From positions 13,821-77,820 of the forward strand of contig JAQGDQ010000949.1 in assembly GCA_030141605.1 (NCBI GenBank): a DNA stretch of 64,000 nt, in the 5' to 3' direction. Numbering within the stretch: position 1 is the first letter of the stretch; the number at the start of each line of letters is the position of its first letter. The notes below the pieces were generated by a model. That model was given only the letters and a program-made list of their open reading frames with translations, did not search any database and had not been told where the DNA came from. This document shows positions 22,740 to 37,800 of the stretch, piece by piece. The position numbers and the translations under genes were made by a program. Source of the stretch: Tubiluchus corallicola (taxonomy: Eukaryota > Animalia > Priapulida).

Positions 22740-24850
22740 TTTTATTTACAGACTATTCCAGTTAAAGCAATATTACATAATGAAATTTGTTTACATATGG
22801 TATGATAATGTAAGCGCTGATTTCAATTCAAAGCATTTATGCTTTTCTGGAATAAATTGTTATTAATGGCAGTTACTAAAAGATGTACATTTATGTGTGA
22901 TGGGAAGGAATTCCATATAGGTACCACACGTTTTGAAAAATAATGAGCAAAACTAGCTTTGGAAAGGCGTGTTACATACAATTTTAGAGGGTGAGTCCGC
23001 CTAGTGTTATCGGTTATTGGGGGGTTATTGCAACGTCTATTATTGTACTGAACACCCTTTTCACACAAAATGTGTCTGTTGAAGCCAAGTTATGCATCTG
23101 GTCAGTATAAAAGCGGCGGTCTCTGCTCTTTTACTGGTCCAGTTAGTGTGATCCACGACAGTGTAAACTCTATTTCGCAATATTTTTGAATCTACTTCAT
23201 TGTAATTTGCCAATAAAGGTATCGTTTTTCTCACACATCATTCTGTTGTTACGTGGATGGATTCTAGAAGAGTTATAGACGTACCACATCTACTGGTACC
23301 GAGCCAACCTGGGTTGTTTTACCACATGTGGGCGAGGTACCGCCGGCAGTTCTATATTATAACACATGAATAAGTTGTTCTTAGTCGTTTTTCTTCAAGT
23401 GATTCTAAGCCTAGTAACTTAAGTCTGTCGGGGTAAGATACATAGTTTACAATACATTGTGTGTTTTTCAGCCCCTCTATATTGCTGTGATGGGATGGAG
23501 GCCAAGCAAGGGTGCAATATTTTACAACTGGCCTGACATATAGCTTACAGGCCATAAGAAGTGCATTAACATTTCTAGTTTCGAATATTCTAAATAACAT
23601 TTTACTAACTTTTTTAGAAATTTCGATACGCAGTGCGAGTTAACTTTAAGTTCATTTTATATCATGATGCAAAGATTTCGTACAACGGATACACTAAGTA
23701 ATATACGACCTGACATAGTATACACATTGTCTGAAATTTTCTTGCCGAATCTTTGCACAATTTACAATACATTCTATGTTATGCTGAATATCATTCTTAT
23801 CGTACAAAGATACACATTGGTATAACTTAACGCCAACTGCAAACAATTTTACAGTAACAATTCAGTAAATTATTAATGTATAGTAGGAATGTAAGTACTG
23901 CCTTGGACTGCAACCGAGACAACATCCACATATGAGGAAAAAGCATTACCAATTATGAACCTGTTTATGAAGCCTTTTGCGCCAAGCAATCGTAATTTTA
24001 TTATGAGTTTTCTGTGGCAGGCAGGATCAAATGCTTTCTGAAAATCCAGGTTGCTACCCATATCGAGAACTACATTCCTATCATACAAAACTCTAGAATA
24101 TGTATGGAAGTTGACTTTCTAGACAAAAACCCATGTTGTGTTGTCTCTTAAGTATTTCTTCATGCAGTCGGCTATTATAGATTCCATAATTCTACAAGCA
24201 ATACAATTCAGTGAGACAGGGCAATAGTTATTAGAGTCGGAACAATATTCTGCGAGTTTCCTTGTATGCGGTATATTGGCTTCAGAAATCAATGACAGAG
24301 TTAAGCATAAAATATCAGCAAGTCTTTTATGTATGATGTCATGTATGCTGTCTGATATTCGACTCTTTCTAGGCTTTATTTTTTGCAAATTTTTAAGTAT
24401 TACAAATTCAATCCCCTCATATTGCTGACCTTTATGTTGAAACAAAGTTTATGGCGAAATGCCATCATCAATGGTAAAATTATTGGCATAACATTGTTTT
24501 GATATATTCACCTTGGCGACATTATCGGTATTGGCCTTGGCAACAAGTTCTTCATAGTGCCTCAACGTTTGAACAAATATACTTATAAGTAACATGTCAC
24601 GAAGCATGTGATGTAATAAGAAAAACTAAAGACTTACCATCATAAATCGCACAAAAAGTTTGAGGGTTTCAAAGCTTATGTGAGCAAACTTTAACTCACG
24701 TTTCTATTATTGGATGCGATAGAACATGTTTTTGCAACCCATGTCAACAGCTTTAGTCTCCAATGGACACTTTTTTTTGCTGAAGATAAATCTAGTCCTC
24801 TTGAAGCATCTTATCTTTTTTGCACTGCAGAAAGCCGGTATACTTTTCAT
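22740..24850 (-). mobile_element. Decayed CR1/L2-like LINE ORF2
   Basis: NYCPVSLNCIACRIMESII, LDFQKAFD, LYVRPVVKYC, YPDRLKLLGLESLEEKR, TRRTHPLKL…FSKRVVPIWNS. Split by ~300 bp of unrelated sequence at ~23040-23350. Confidence 0.8.
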
Positions 24851-25439
24851 TACCGATACGAAATCCTTATAATTGTGCATTTTTGCAGGGTTTGATCTTT
24901 CTTGATCTTTTGTTGATAACTGTCAATTAACATTCTCCCCAATTGAATGGTTTTACACACTTTATATATATATATATATATATATATACATACATATATA
25001 TTAATTTTTTATTTGTCATTAAAATGGTTCACTCAATATAACAAAATTGAGTAAGTCTCAGCATAATGTTAAAATAACAACACTGTTCAAGACAAATGCG
25101 TCCAGTGAATACTAAAAAAACTAAAGTGCAAAACTATATACAATAAATGAACATATTTACAAACACCATAGTAAAATATTTTTACAAAACAATATTACAA
25201 AAGTACATTAAATTTTACATGACATATTTTACACTATATATACATTTGACATGACACAATTAACAGAAACATGCTTTACATTATATAAATTTCACTCATT
25301 ACATTTACACTATTTATACATTTGACATTACAAAACTAACATAACACGTACTACATTACATAATTTAAAAAAAAAATCATTTTTATTCGTTATATGGAGT
25401 CAGGGGCGGGGGTAGATGAAAGTTGAGTCTGTGTAATTA

Positions 25440-25600
25440 GTATCAGATGCACAATGTGGAAGTTGAAACCTGTTATATTGATATTCTTTTAATTTCTTTT
25501 TAAAGTGGCGGAGAGATGCTATTTGTTTTACTTCACTGGGTAGTAAGTTCCATAAATGTATGGCCTGTTTTGATATAGAGTTATTTCCAAATTTATTGTT
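25440..25600 (-). mobile_element. LINE 3'-end fragment
   Basis: Minus strand reads NKFGNNSISKQAIHLWNLLPSEVKQIASLRHFKKKLK, the WN.LP motif of LINE ORF2 C-termini. Confidence 0.6.
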
Positions 25601-25662
25601 TACTGTAATTTACTTTAAATTGTATGTTAAAGCAAATTACAGTAAACAATAAATTTGGAAAT
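25583..25662. repeat. 80-bp near-perfect hairpin
   Basis: 36-bp arms with 1 mismatch (ATTTCCAAATTTATTGTTTACTGTAATTT…) and an 8-nt loop. Confidence 0.85.
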
Positions 25663-26554
25663 GTTTACACCTATTTGTTAAAGCCTCAGTCTATTGTTTT
25701 AACAATGTACTTTGAGACATGTTAAGCTATGGGTTTGGAAAAGTTTAACTCAATTGTTAGATACAACTCTCTCTGAAATTATTGTAAATCTAAGTTTTTC
25801 CTGTCGTCAGTGCAAGTATTTCAGTGTTTCATCCATTTACCATAAAACTTCTCAGTAATATCTCCCTTTGTCATTTTGTTAATTCTGCAGACTGTCCATA
25901 AAATGTGGTGCTTTGAACGACGTCTGGTTTTTATTTTTGCAGTTTCAGTCATGTCTATTAAAAAGCAATAAATTATACAAGTTTTTGTATGTTTGCTAAT
26001 CTACATTTTAGAGAGGCTATGCTAGAAATTTTGGGAATACTTCCCTTTTTTAGGAAAAATAAAACATTTTCCTTCTCTTTGGTGTTGTAAATAGAAACTT
26101 CTATTTTACCAAGTGCATCGAGCCATTATACACATTTTGTACAGTGCTAAATTGACGTGTTCAAGCCAAAGTTAAGAAACAGATATTATTCATTGTTAAA
26201 TATTTCTGTGGAAAAAAGCGAAGTTTTTTATTTTCTTGGGGCAAATGAAGACAATGAGGTACAAATCTGAAATCCTCACTGTCAAAATTCATTGAGGCAT
26301 CTTTGGAGGAATCTGAAATACGATTTGGAGATAGTGTTTTTCACTCCAACCTAACATTTATTACATAGTATTAGTGTTTGTTTGAATAAACGAAACAAGC
26401 TCGTTCAGAAATAATTTCATTTAAAACACAACGTTTGAATAAAAACATCATAGCAACTTTGATCTTTGTGGCTTATCAGCTTGCACATTGACCTTATAAA
26501 GTGATTCTTTCACTTACTTGCTTGCTTATGATACCAGAAATTATTAAACGTAAT

Positions 26555-27472
26555 TCATTCAATGTTTTTTCGTTTAAATACCACGTCGTGACCATATTCT
26601 TCTTTACCAGGTGGTAAAATCCCAACTTCTTCATAAATTCCTGTCAATCGCATAAACCTGCGAATACTTTCTAATTTTGTCAAAGTGAAATTCTTATCAG
26701 TATGTGTACCATTTCTAGAAAAGTATTCAATCGTCAAAACATCAATTGTAAGTTTGTCAAATGGAATTGTTCGTAGGACATCAAGTTCTGGACCTCCAAT
26801 GTCTAGAGAAAAATAATCAATATGCATCTGGTTCAGAGCTAGCATTACAGAATATAAAGGAAAACACTGAACAGTTTCTACATCTACAAATCCTTTGAAA
26901 TGTTTCTTCGCTCTTTTGTCACGGTTTTGATCTGTTGTATTTACAAGACCTCCAAACTCGGCAGCCATCATAAAGTTCAATTTACTTGTTTTTTTGTTTG
27001 GGCTTAGGCAAGCAGTTAAGAAATATGCGTTTCGCTTTTGTTTTAATAGTTTTTCAAACATTTTCGGATTTGGTTCAATCAAAACTCCTGTCCAGCCACG
27101 ATTTCTTTCAAAAAATAGTGTATTTGGAATTGTTCCATCAAAAGCACCAGCTTCCACATAAAATCCATCTTTTCTTTGTTTAAGTAATTTGTCTACAAGT
27201 GAGGACTGCCTCAACTGTGACGTGTCCTCAACAATGTCTGTTAAAGGTTTCTCTGATGGTCCAATTATCCAGTGTTTTCTTATATGATCCACTTGTTTTT
27301 CATCATCGAGTGCTGCACTTCCATATTGAAGGCGCAGAATATCTTCTGCACTGTCAAAGCTACCTGCTCTTTTGTGCAACGAATCCGGTTTGTTATTTAT
27401 ATATTTAACAATTACAATTTCAGTAGTAATTACTGTTACCAAAATAACGTAATAAGAATAGCGTACAGTCAT
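26555..27472 (-). CDS. FkbM-family methyltransferase, copy 2; type II membrane, 305 aa, intronless CDS
   Basis: ATG at 27472 (MTVRYSYYVILVTVITTEIVIV). Colinear with copy 1 (FYVEAGAFDG, GWTGVLIEPNP, IDYFSLDIGGPELDVL). Confidence 0.85.
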   Translation of the reverse strand: MTVRYSYYVILVTVITTEIVIVKYINNKPDSLHKRAGSFDSAEDILRLQYGSAALDDEKQVDHIRKHWIIGPSEKPLTDIVEDTSQLRQSSLVDKLLKQRKDGFYVEAGAFDGTIPNTLFFERNRGWTGVLIEPNPKMFEKLLKQKRNAYFLTACLSPNKKTSKLNFMMAAEFGGLVNTTDQNRDKRAKKHFKGFVDVETVQCFPLYSVMLALNQMHIDYFSLDIGGPELDVLRTIPFDKLTIDVLTIEYFSRNGTHTDKNFTLTKLESIRRFMRLTGIYEEVGILPPGKEEYGHDVVFKRKNIE

Positions 27473-27949
27473 TGTAAAACGCGTATAAATTAAGCACAAA
27501 CCTGGATTCGGTTTATAAAACACAATAAATCGCTTTGTGTTTTATACGTTGGGCTTAGCCACTACTAGTCAGCTTTCCTTACCCTTGCGTGATCACGGTA
27601 ACAGTGATAAACGTTGTCTTGTATGTATGCGCTTAATATTCTCTGGATACACTATTGTAATATAATACTATCTAATCTAATATAATACTAACACTAATCT
27701 AATATAATAATATAATACTGTAAATTAAACCTGACTGTAAAGCGCGGGAAAACCCTTTACTTAGATAAAGCTAAAAACTCGTCTTAAAGTTTTGTATCAC
27801 CGAAATTGAAAACGAGACAAATTTAATTGATAAAAAGTTTAAACAGTTGACTTTTGCTACTGTTTTTCAGTTCGTTTGGCTTTTCTTCGACACAGCGACA
27901 TAATAACAATGATTGTAGTTCCTTTCTTATGACAGACCTGTTTGGATCC

Positions 27950-28400
27950 TGATGAAAATATTCAAAAAATGATTTTGATTATCATTCTACACAAGACAAG
28001 CCATGCGTATTTACCAAAGTTCCATAGTCACCAGTTTGGCTGTCTGTGCAAGTGTGCATGGCGAAAATGCGTCTTAGCGTGGTCGCATTTTAAAATATTT
28101 CTTGACTATCATGCACGATTTGTAATTAACTCAGCAATGTAGTTCCTGCCGACGAATAAACCGTATTGCAATGTGCAGCAAATTTATTATCACAAGATAT
28201 TTAAATGTTGCGACTGTCTAAATATACATGTTTTTGATCAGTGCCAAACAACATGATATTAGTTCTGCCCAGATTCAAAGCTAATTCGCGACGCGCTGCT
28301 CTGTTGCCTACTTTTCTAATTGCAACGAGACCATTTGTGGAAGATCGCTGATATACAAAGTAAATAAAAGTGGGCAGACAACTGAACCCTGGGGAACTTA
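27950..28400 (-). mobile_element. LINE RT relic
   Basis: Minus strand reads VPQGSVVCPLLFTLYISDLP at ~28340-28398. Confidence 0.6.
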
Positions 28401-28850
28401 AATTTCGATATTATTAGGCTGTGATGTTGTGCTTTGATAGATGCTGCTCTCTTCCAAAAAGGTGATCATAAAACCAACAGTAATCTGTTTAGAAACGAAT
28501 ATAATTGTTAATTTATTTATCGCAAATTCATATTTAAATATCGACGTTTTTCTAAGCAAAAGAAGAATAAGTGTACAGCTTTTGCAGAGGTTTCTTACTA
28601 TGCGCATTTTAATTTATTATTTTAGTTTATTATAGATATCAATTGCATAAAAATAACGCTTTTGCCATTTTCACGTGCCACGCCATTTTTGCCTGTGACA
28701 TTTTTACCTGTACGCAAATACACTGAATAGATGGCGAGCAAACAAAACAAATCTACATTTGACAATGTAGAAATAGGTTTTAAGCTTATAGGGCATGCAT
28801 AATAATGTTAACTATTTGAAGACAGAAAATCATTGTGCTGCTTTTCTCAG

Positions 28851-31800
28851 AATTTTAAGGGCTGCAGAAGAGCCACTCTGGTCGTCCATCAAGCTGCTGT
28901 TTGTGGTGTGCTTCTGAGTTTTAGTTTCATACTTGCAATGAGACACTCTGAGTTGAAACAGGGTAAGTCAGTTTTATCACCATTACCTCTCTTTGTTTCT
29001 CCCTTTCTCTTTTCAGCACGTTTTCAGTCTTTATTGACCATTTGCATTTGTGCATTATAATTACATAACAAAGCAGCTTAGAGCAATAACAATGCTGCAC
29101 TATGCATCAAATCACGAAATTCGTCACTTTGTAGCAATTTTACGTGACTGTTTAACAATATTGCATCATTATGTGACAAAAACAGTGCATCGTCTAGCAA
29201 GATGGCCTTGTTATGGGACTGAAAATGTCAGCGAACTGGTTCAATTTCTTTGTGCTCTAAATGCCGGTTTGACTCTGTCTCGTTCTGGTCTACTCAGTGA
29301 ATATAATCGCAAAGTATTAATGAGAAATTAAACAAACAATTATCTCGTGCTATATTTTACACCATTGCTCCACAAATTTCCAAGGAACTTACATACGAAT
29401 GCAGAAAGGTGCTTTATTGTTTATTGTCCAAACTATGCCTCAGATTTTCTGCAGTGTTTGTTAGAGCGTTAATGGTTGAATGGTGTTTAGAGAAGCCAAA
29501 CTGATGTTTTTATAGAAGCTTGTGTTTATTTACGAAAGAACTTACTGAATCATATAGTTTTCTTTCATAAATTTGCCAAAACAATGTATTACGGAAATTG
29601 GGTTCTAATTCATGGGGTCATACGTTGAATCTTCATTGTGGATCATAGTCACGTTTTGCCTTTTTATATACGGTAGGAAATTTGCCTTTCATAAGTATCT
29701 GACTAATGTAAGACAGTAAGAATTTTGATGGGAATGTCACATGGTCCACTATGCTGAAATTTAGAACAGAGATGTTTTGTCATTGTAGTATTTTTCTCCT
29801 CGAAACCAATGCGAATCAATATAAAACTGACTATGCGGGAAACGTAATTAGACAAATAAAACTCCTTATCTCCAGGATGTCACAAATCGGATTTGATTGT
29901 ACCTTCTTATAAATGAAACAAAATTGTCTCAAAGATAGAGATTGATGTGTAAAGTTAGATACAATCAACTTTTCAGACTTGGCCACGTTAAACAGAGGTA
30001 TTCCACAAGGAACATTACTTGGTCCGTTATTATTTTGCCTTTATTTAAACAATATATCTAATATCTTTCTATAATAGGAGTTAATTCTTCAACTTTGTGT
30101 GACTTTTAGTAATTAGATTTTGACTGTGAATATCAGGATGAAGCCAGGTCTGGAAATAAGTCTTTGCGCTTTTGAAATTTGTCAATGACATTGTCATTAA
30201 TGAACAAAACTACAGCTTTTATGAAACAACTAATCTAACTAATTAGATTTTTACTGTGAATACCAGAATGTTCTTAAACCATTGGAGTTTATTTCTCCCA
30301 TTGGTGTAATAAGTAGAAGAAAGAAAGGAGACGCTGAAAAATTCCTCACCAGTCGAAACTTGAACACAAGATGATGGCTTTAAACAATTCATTTCTCTCA
30401 GCTATTGCTAAATTTGTGTGGATGTGATAATAAGTACATAGTGAGCAGATTTATTTCACAAAATTAATAGGAGAATGGAAAATGCTTGCCGTGAAAATTG
30501 ATTTTATCTACTGGAGACTTCTAAATTAACAAAAAGCACCAATTTTATAGTCCTTAAAAATCCATTCTGGACAACGTAATGTGGCTAGAGGTTTTCACAC
30601 TAACATTGCTGCTGTCAGCTACCCTTATAGTAGTTAGATGGGTGAGTGACAGGAGGCATTAGCTGGGAATGACTTGGGTGAAATTCGTTTAAATAAGACA
30701 TTAGACTTGGTCAGATAACCTAATTAAGCTGAATTACAGATATGGGTATACTTGGCTAGGTGCTACACAAGGGCAAGAAAGTAATAGAAAAACAAGAAAT
30801 TCAAAAATTAACAAATTTATAAGTTTACCATTTGAAACGTTACATGATAGAAAAAGTATGTACATAATTAAGGAAGGCGGTTACACGAGACTTCAGAAGA
30901 CATTTACTGCTGAGCAGATGCCATGATGTTGTTAATGGCGTTGGATGCTGTTGTTTGAAGTTCATGTTACCTTATCCATTTTGCAATGATTTCTCTTTAA
31001 GGGGCCAAGCGAGGACTGACAGATGTCGTGTTCACTCGCACTTTTATACCTTAGGTTCTTATAGCGAGCCTCTGCAGTTATGAAAGATTTGCTCTGTTTC
31101 GTGAGATTGCCATTATTTTACTCGCGAATACCTTTACACATTTCTATTTCTTGGCGTGACGTGATAATTTATTTTATTCTTTTTCATATTTGTTGATGGC
31201 CCATAACGTTCATTCGATACGCAGTTAAACTTTTCACAGTTCCAGGGATTAACGATGATCTTGAAAGGGCTAAAGGTTAAGTGTAGCAGACAATGCATTT
31301 GTGTACATTTCGGTACAGATGCTATGTTAATGCTAACAGCTTTAGCAACTAGCTAAAGCCTTGCCTAGTACATTTTTGTCCCAAAGCAAAATCCAGGCAA
31401 TAAATCGGTCTACACAGTGTTACACACAGACTAATGCATAATCAGATAAAGTTCACGTAAAACAACTGACGTTACTGATCTTTGCGGCAGACAGCTTTCA
31501 TTTACCCACATGTCACGCGACAGTTGCACTGTTTCTATGGTACATTTAACCTTTGACCTGCACCAACTGAGCATAACTGTGAAAAGGCTTATTCTATTGA
31601 TTTCCTGCATCATTCGTCCAATGCGCAACAGGTGGTGACACCAGAGTGGCCAGCACAGCTACATTTATAGCCCACTTTACACTAATTGTCTAGGAATTTG
31701 CAGGTTTGGACGTAGCAATCACACTTCTGGGAAGAGATTCTACTCACATGGAGCAAGCAATGAACACAATAAAATCTGCTCTAATGGTAACATCAGTGCC

Positions 31801-34800
31801 ATTGAGATTTCACATTATTTGTGACAATGATGACACTAAATCAGAGCTACTACAAAATGTAAATAACGTAAGTTAGAACAACGCATTAGTGATTATTAAA
31901 TCAGATAGAAAAGCTAAACATTTTGGCATTTTTCTTAAAACCTGAATTCTGTTTTCTAAATGCTTAAATGTAAACAATAAATCTATGCTGCTTCTTCAAG
32001 GACTTTTAATTGAATCACTTTTCTATAAATTATAATAGACGTATCTCCTTATTATCACTCCTGTCAGAAATATTTGAAAAAATTATGTATAGCAAGCTTG
32101 AGAAAATCGTTAGTACTAACAATTTACTGTCAAAGTATCAATTTGGATTCAAATAAAAACATTCTACATCTTTAGCAGTTTCCGAGCTTGTAGATTATTT
32201 ACCCGAACAGTTCGACAGAAAAAATGTAACGTGTGGTATATTCCTAGATCTATCTTTGATAAGGTTCAACGTTCAATTTTACTAAACAAACTCGAGCATT
32301 ATGGAATAAGAGGATTGGCATTTTCTTTTTTGCATCATATCTTGCTAACAGCAAACAGTTCAACGTAGTAAATGATATACACTCAAAATCCCTACCTATA
32401 AGTCACGGCATATGCCAAGGATCCACACTCTCACCTCTGCTAGACCTAATACACATTAACGACTTACCTAAGTTTTAAAAAAAGACTTTTGATACTAACC
32501 TTTTCGTTTTCAAAACTAATCTAACAGATTAGCAGACATCAGGTATTGATGAACTAAATAAGGTAAACCCTAAACAACTTAGATGAATGCTAATAAATTA
32601 ACACTCAATCACAAAAAAACTAAGTTTTTGGTAATCGAGCAAACACAAATGAAACCGGACATTCACAGGCCAGGGAAATTGTGTCCAAAGATAAATAACC
32701 AATGTTTAGATGAAGTTACTAGTATCAAATATTTGGGCCCTTTTGTTGATCCAACACATAATTTACAAAACTGGTAAACAAAAAGGTGTTATATCGAAAT
32801 TTAGACATTTTGTAGACTTAAGCACACTCACAGTAATATATTACGTACTAATTTATGCTCCAGTACAGTAACTTGGCATTTGGGGTTTGTCCCTACAGAA
32901 TTTGATTACGTGACGAAATGAAATAGTTAAGATAATTACGTTTGCTAAATTTAGAGATCATTTTCTCTCCTTCTAATGCTAATCTCAGTTTACTCAAATT
33001 GTCTGACATATTTAAATTAGAACTTGCAAAACGTATGTTTAAATTTGAACAACAAATGCTTCCTGACCTATATGCAAATAATTTTACCACTGTTGCTAAT
33101 GTACGTACATATTATACCAGGTTGCGGAAAGTAATTTTTATTATGTTAAACGTTTTAATACTCCACTGGGTAAAAAAATCACTAAAGTGCCAATGTGTAA
33201 AACTGTGGAGCTCGTTACCAACTCATAACACATACCCTCAGTATATTAACCAAAACAGATGTAAAACAGATGTAAAAATATGTAAAAGAGATGTTAGCTT
33301 ACGTCATCAATGTTACAAAAATAAATGTTAATCAAATAAGTTTTATTTTGACTTGTTTCCTTTCATTTCGCAGATTTTGTTATGCTTCTTTACTAACCAG
33401 ATTTGTCGTTCTATGGATGCCAACTGTTCTACATTTTTATTGTAGTCTAGAGTTATTTTGAATTATCTTGAATTGCTTCACTTGACAGATTTTAACTTTA
33501 TTTCAAAGATTTTTTTGCTGTGTAAAACTGAACATGCTGCACATATATTGAGTGGAATTCTCATTTATCATTGTCAAAAGGTCCTGGTTTTATTTTAATT
33601 TACTCTTTATTTATTTCCAGTTATCTCATTTGATTTTCTTTTGTCTTTACTTTATACTTTATCGTTACATATTGCACAAATTTGAGTTTTATGCAAGTAT
33701 TTACTTTCATAATTACCGTTCTCATATACAACCTGCTGCTTCTCAAATGTTATGTTATGTCCTTATTATTACTATCAAGAAATCTACTATCAAGAGTAAT
33801 GCAGGGAGCATAAACTTTGTGAATCAAAAGTTATGGATCACTTCCTTACTACCGGGCGGGATGGTCCTTGTTGTTGCTTGGTGCTAATTTATAAGATCAC
33901 TGATGATGCAGGGCATAGTGTCCCTAAGGCAGATGTATTCTGAACTGTTCAAGCTCTTTTATCTGCGGTTTACTTTCTAATAAATTATTTGTGATTATTA
34001 TGGTATAATAAATTAGTTGAAAGTTGAGTGTAAAGAACTTTTACTATTAACTAAAAAATACTAAATTAAGTCTCCATCACACTGGTTGATACAGATGCGA
34101 AGATACAAATTATATAATTGTGAATACTTAAATCTAGTGTGAACAATTGCAGTCATTCGGCTAAATCATATGTTCTGTTAACATCAGCTATGTTATATCA
34201 AATGTGTTTTAGCTAACAGCACAGAGAAGCAAGAAAAATGTCAGTCTGAACTTCTATGGAATAGATGCAGTACCACCAGAATGGATAGATTTTTTCAGAC
34301 GTGGAGCTGCTGTTAGGCTATTTCTCACAGTAAGCTTTAAACTTAGTAGTAAGCTAAGCGAATTATTACATTTTCTGTTACGCAATTGCTTTTGCAAATT
34401 ACAAGTTTCAAATCTAGGTGTTTTTGCGAATCTAAATGTTAAAATATAATAAACGTGTTATGAATTACAAATTTGTTATATTAGAACTGAACTGAGAGAA
34501 AGAGTGATGTGTGCTTTTTTGTTGTTGTTAAACTTCTTTGTGTTTTTAAAATTGACAATGCACTTCAAAGTTTGTTATAAGGGGATAAGTGAGATTATCC
34601 TAAAAATTTTGTACCCAGTGTTGAATAGCTGTAGCAACAACAACAATAATAACAACAGTAAGATGGTGATTAATTTCATAGATGTTAATCACTAATTTAT
34701 GGCGCATTCAGACATAGAATTTTCTCGCAACTTTCTGCGTAGCTTCCTCCTGAGAGTAAATCTGCAGGTGTGAATGGCTTGATAACTTCTCTTGCAACGT

Positions 34801-37800
34801 GTTCTGCAACTTCATCCTGTGAGTAAACTCACAGGTGTGAACGGCTTGGCAACTTCTCTAATAACATGTCTCCCAACATCTGTGAGTTAACTGCCAGAGA
34901 GAAGTTGCAGAAGTTGCTGCGAGAGAAGTCTCTATGCTGAACTCGCCATTACACTAAGCCAAGAACTCTGTATGTATATATAAAGATCAACATGGTTCTC
35001 TAGCTAGTTGTTTTGACGTTGCATATCTATTTTTTGGTGTTGTCTCAACTTGAAACAATTTCACCTACTACCACACCGTGATTACGGAGATGTTCCAAAC
35101 GGACAAAAATAGATAATTTCTACTAGTAGCGTTTAAGTTATATGAATACTACTTGGTCTGGACCTGAATTCATATCTTTGCTTTTCTGATGTAAACTTTG
35201 GAATTTTCTGCCATCCCAGGTTAAACATACCAGGTCCCTATCTTAAAATCCCTTAAAATCACTAATATTAGCTAAATATTAAATAATACCACACCACACG
35301 CACACCAATTCTGAATTTCTATGCAAGCGGTCATATTAACTAAATGAATCTTAACTTTAATTTTTCTTAATAGTTGTAAATACATTTTAATTTAATTCTT
35401 CACGTATTTTTGTTTCTACTCTTTTCATTACTGCACTGTAGTTTAGATTGCAGTGCCGTATTTCCCACTAACAGTGTTTTATTACTTTTATTAATAAAAC
35501 TAATTGATCAACAATTTAGATCAAATGATTATCAATATAATTTAATGGCAATTGAAGGCTATTATGTACATACAATAACTTCTCGCTCAACGACTCCCAA
35601 TATAGCGACGTTACATTTTAATGATGCTGAACATTTGACACCTTTTTTTTCATTTAACGATACACATTTCATTTTAACGACGATGTCTTTTTTTTGCCAA
35701 AACCCAATTTTCATTTGTCAAAAACTTTTTTAAGTCTGTCAAGCCAGATCTGTGAACAAACTTTGTGCGAAGGAATTCTATCTGCAAACTTAAAGCCAAC
35801 TTTAAATAAAGATTATTACTGTTATAGATTATTATAACCTGTTCCTATAGCAACCAGATTACATGGTCGATGATACCCTGTCTTTTGCTATTGGGTGTGA
35901 ATAAATTGCATAAATAAACTAAATAATACAGTGCTTCAGCATACAATGACACAGGTCACCTCATGAAGTGCTTGGCTTTGACTCTGCAGTGTTTATTGTT
36001 TAATGGCTGCCTAAGCTTCAACCTTAATGAATCAGAAACCACTAGCTCACTACATAGGCCTACTGTAAGAAAGATAGGTGGTCTTAAACAAGCAGAAAGA
36101 AATTTAATAGAAGAAACTACAAAGAAACTCATAAAAGGTTGAATTTAGATAATTTAAGCAGCATTGATTTTTGACTCTGGAATGTATCCAAATTCTTTTA
36201 CATTTAAAATGTTTCGTTTAATGACGTTTTGCTTAACATCATGAATCAAGCACTTACTACAATAACTAAAGGTGTTTTTGACTGCATAGTTTCCTTACTT
36301 AAGTATGCGGACATTTTCCTTTTTGTTTGGTCTTGTGTTTTGGTTAAACATGCTGCAAAATTTAACTAAATGTTTGTTAAAAACTCATTGTGAAAGTCAC
36401 GCCGATTAAATTTTGCATAGGATATTTTAACAAATAACACATAACTAGATTGTGGGTAAGCATCGATATCTGTTAGCCCATCGGAAAAAGTGGAGCAAAT
36501 GGTTTGTTGAATCCACTTATAACTGGTATTGCGTCATTCTAATTAATCGGCAAAAATTCCTACTTTCCATTCCAAAGTCAAAATAACAATAATGACTATC
36601 ACAAAACTCACTAGAATGGCTTGGAGTAATTGTAACGAAGTGTATCTTTAGTAATGTGTGAGTTGACACGGACTATAGTCCTTCACAATATATCAAGCAG
36701 GAATAACCATTTTGAGGCATTTGGTTCTCTTAAGAGTTTTTATAACAGTTGCAATTGTAACCGGTTACTAATAATATCGTTTTTTATTGAGGTAACTGAA
36801 GGCAGGCCTATCTACAGTAAATTTTATTATATAATGTTGTAATAATCAAAGCACATTTGTAGACTAGTAAAGTATATGTACACTGTCCCCAATGATTGTG
36901 TATCATTCTTGTCTAATCTTTCTTTGCTTATCTTTCTAGGGTGTGCATTCATCAACAACAGGTGGTAAAAACCTGAGGCTTTATTAAAAACTATTTTTAA
37001 TGCATTTTTACAGGATATATTACTAACCATTGACAAGGCATTATACGTGGATGTAGATATCATTATTACAAGACCCCTCGAGCAGCTGTGGTCTTATTTT
37101 GACAAAATGAACCAAAATCAGATGTTGGGAGTTGTAATGGAAAATAATGGCAAGCCTGGCACTTTATACAAAATTAGCAGAATGAAAGGCAATCTTTTTG
37201 GGGCATCAGGTAAATTTAATATGTATTTTTGTTCATATTTTTTTAGTCAATGAGCTTACAAAGTTTCCGCGATTATCAAATCAACACTTATGGTTTCATA
37301 AACGACTTCAGTTTTGCAAGATTATATATATATATATATGTGTTTATTGACTGATTAAGAGATAGTCGAACATTTGGTTCAGTCCATAGATCATTACAAA
37401 AAAAGGACTTTTGATCATATAACATGATCATTCCTGTCAAAAAAAAATAACTGAAGAATTATTTACACATTCTCACTACACACTTATTATCGCCTAACAT
37501 GATTATTACTGTCAAAAAAAAACAATTACAACTATACGTTGCCAACAATTGCTCAAATAACTACTTAAGCCAAAAAAATGACAGGCTATTTTTGCTGACC
37601 AAATTCACTTGACCTCCATCTTGGCAAGAATGAATTCCATGGAAGATTTTACTTTCCTTTACTAAAGTAGATAAAGCATATATTTCACAAAGTAGATCTA
37701 GATTATAGATAGATGAGTAGAAAGTAGATTTTCCAAACACTTCCACTGTTTAAGTTCCTGAAAAGTGTTCTTTGTTCTGCAACACCACTTACTTTACAGG

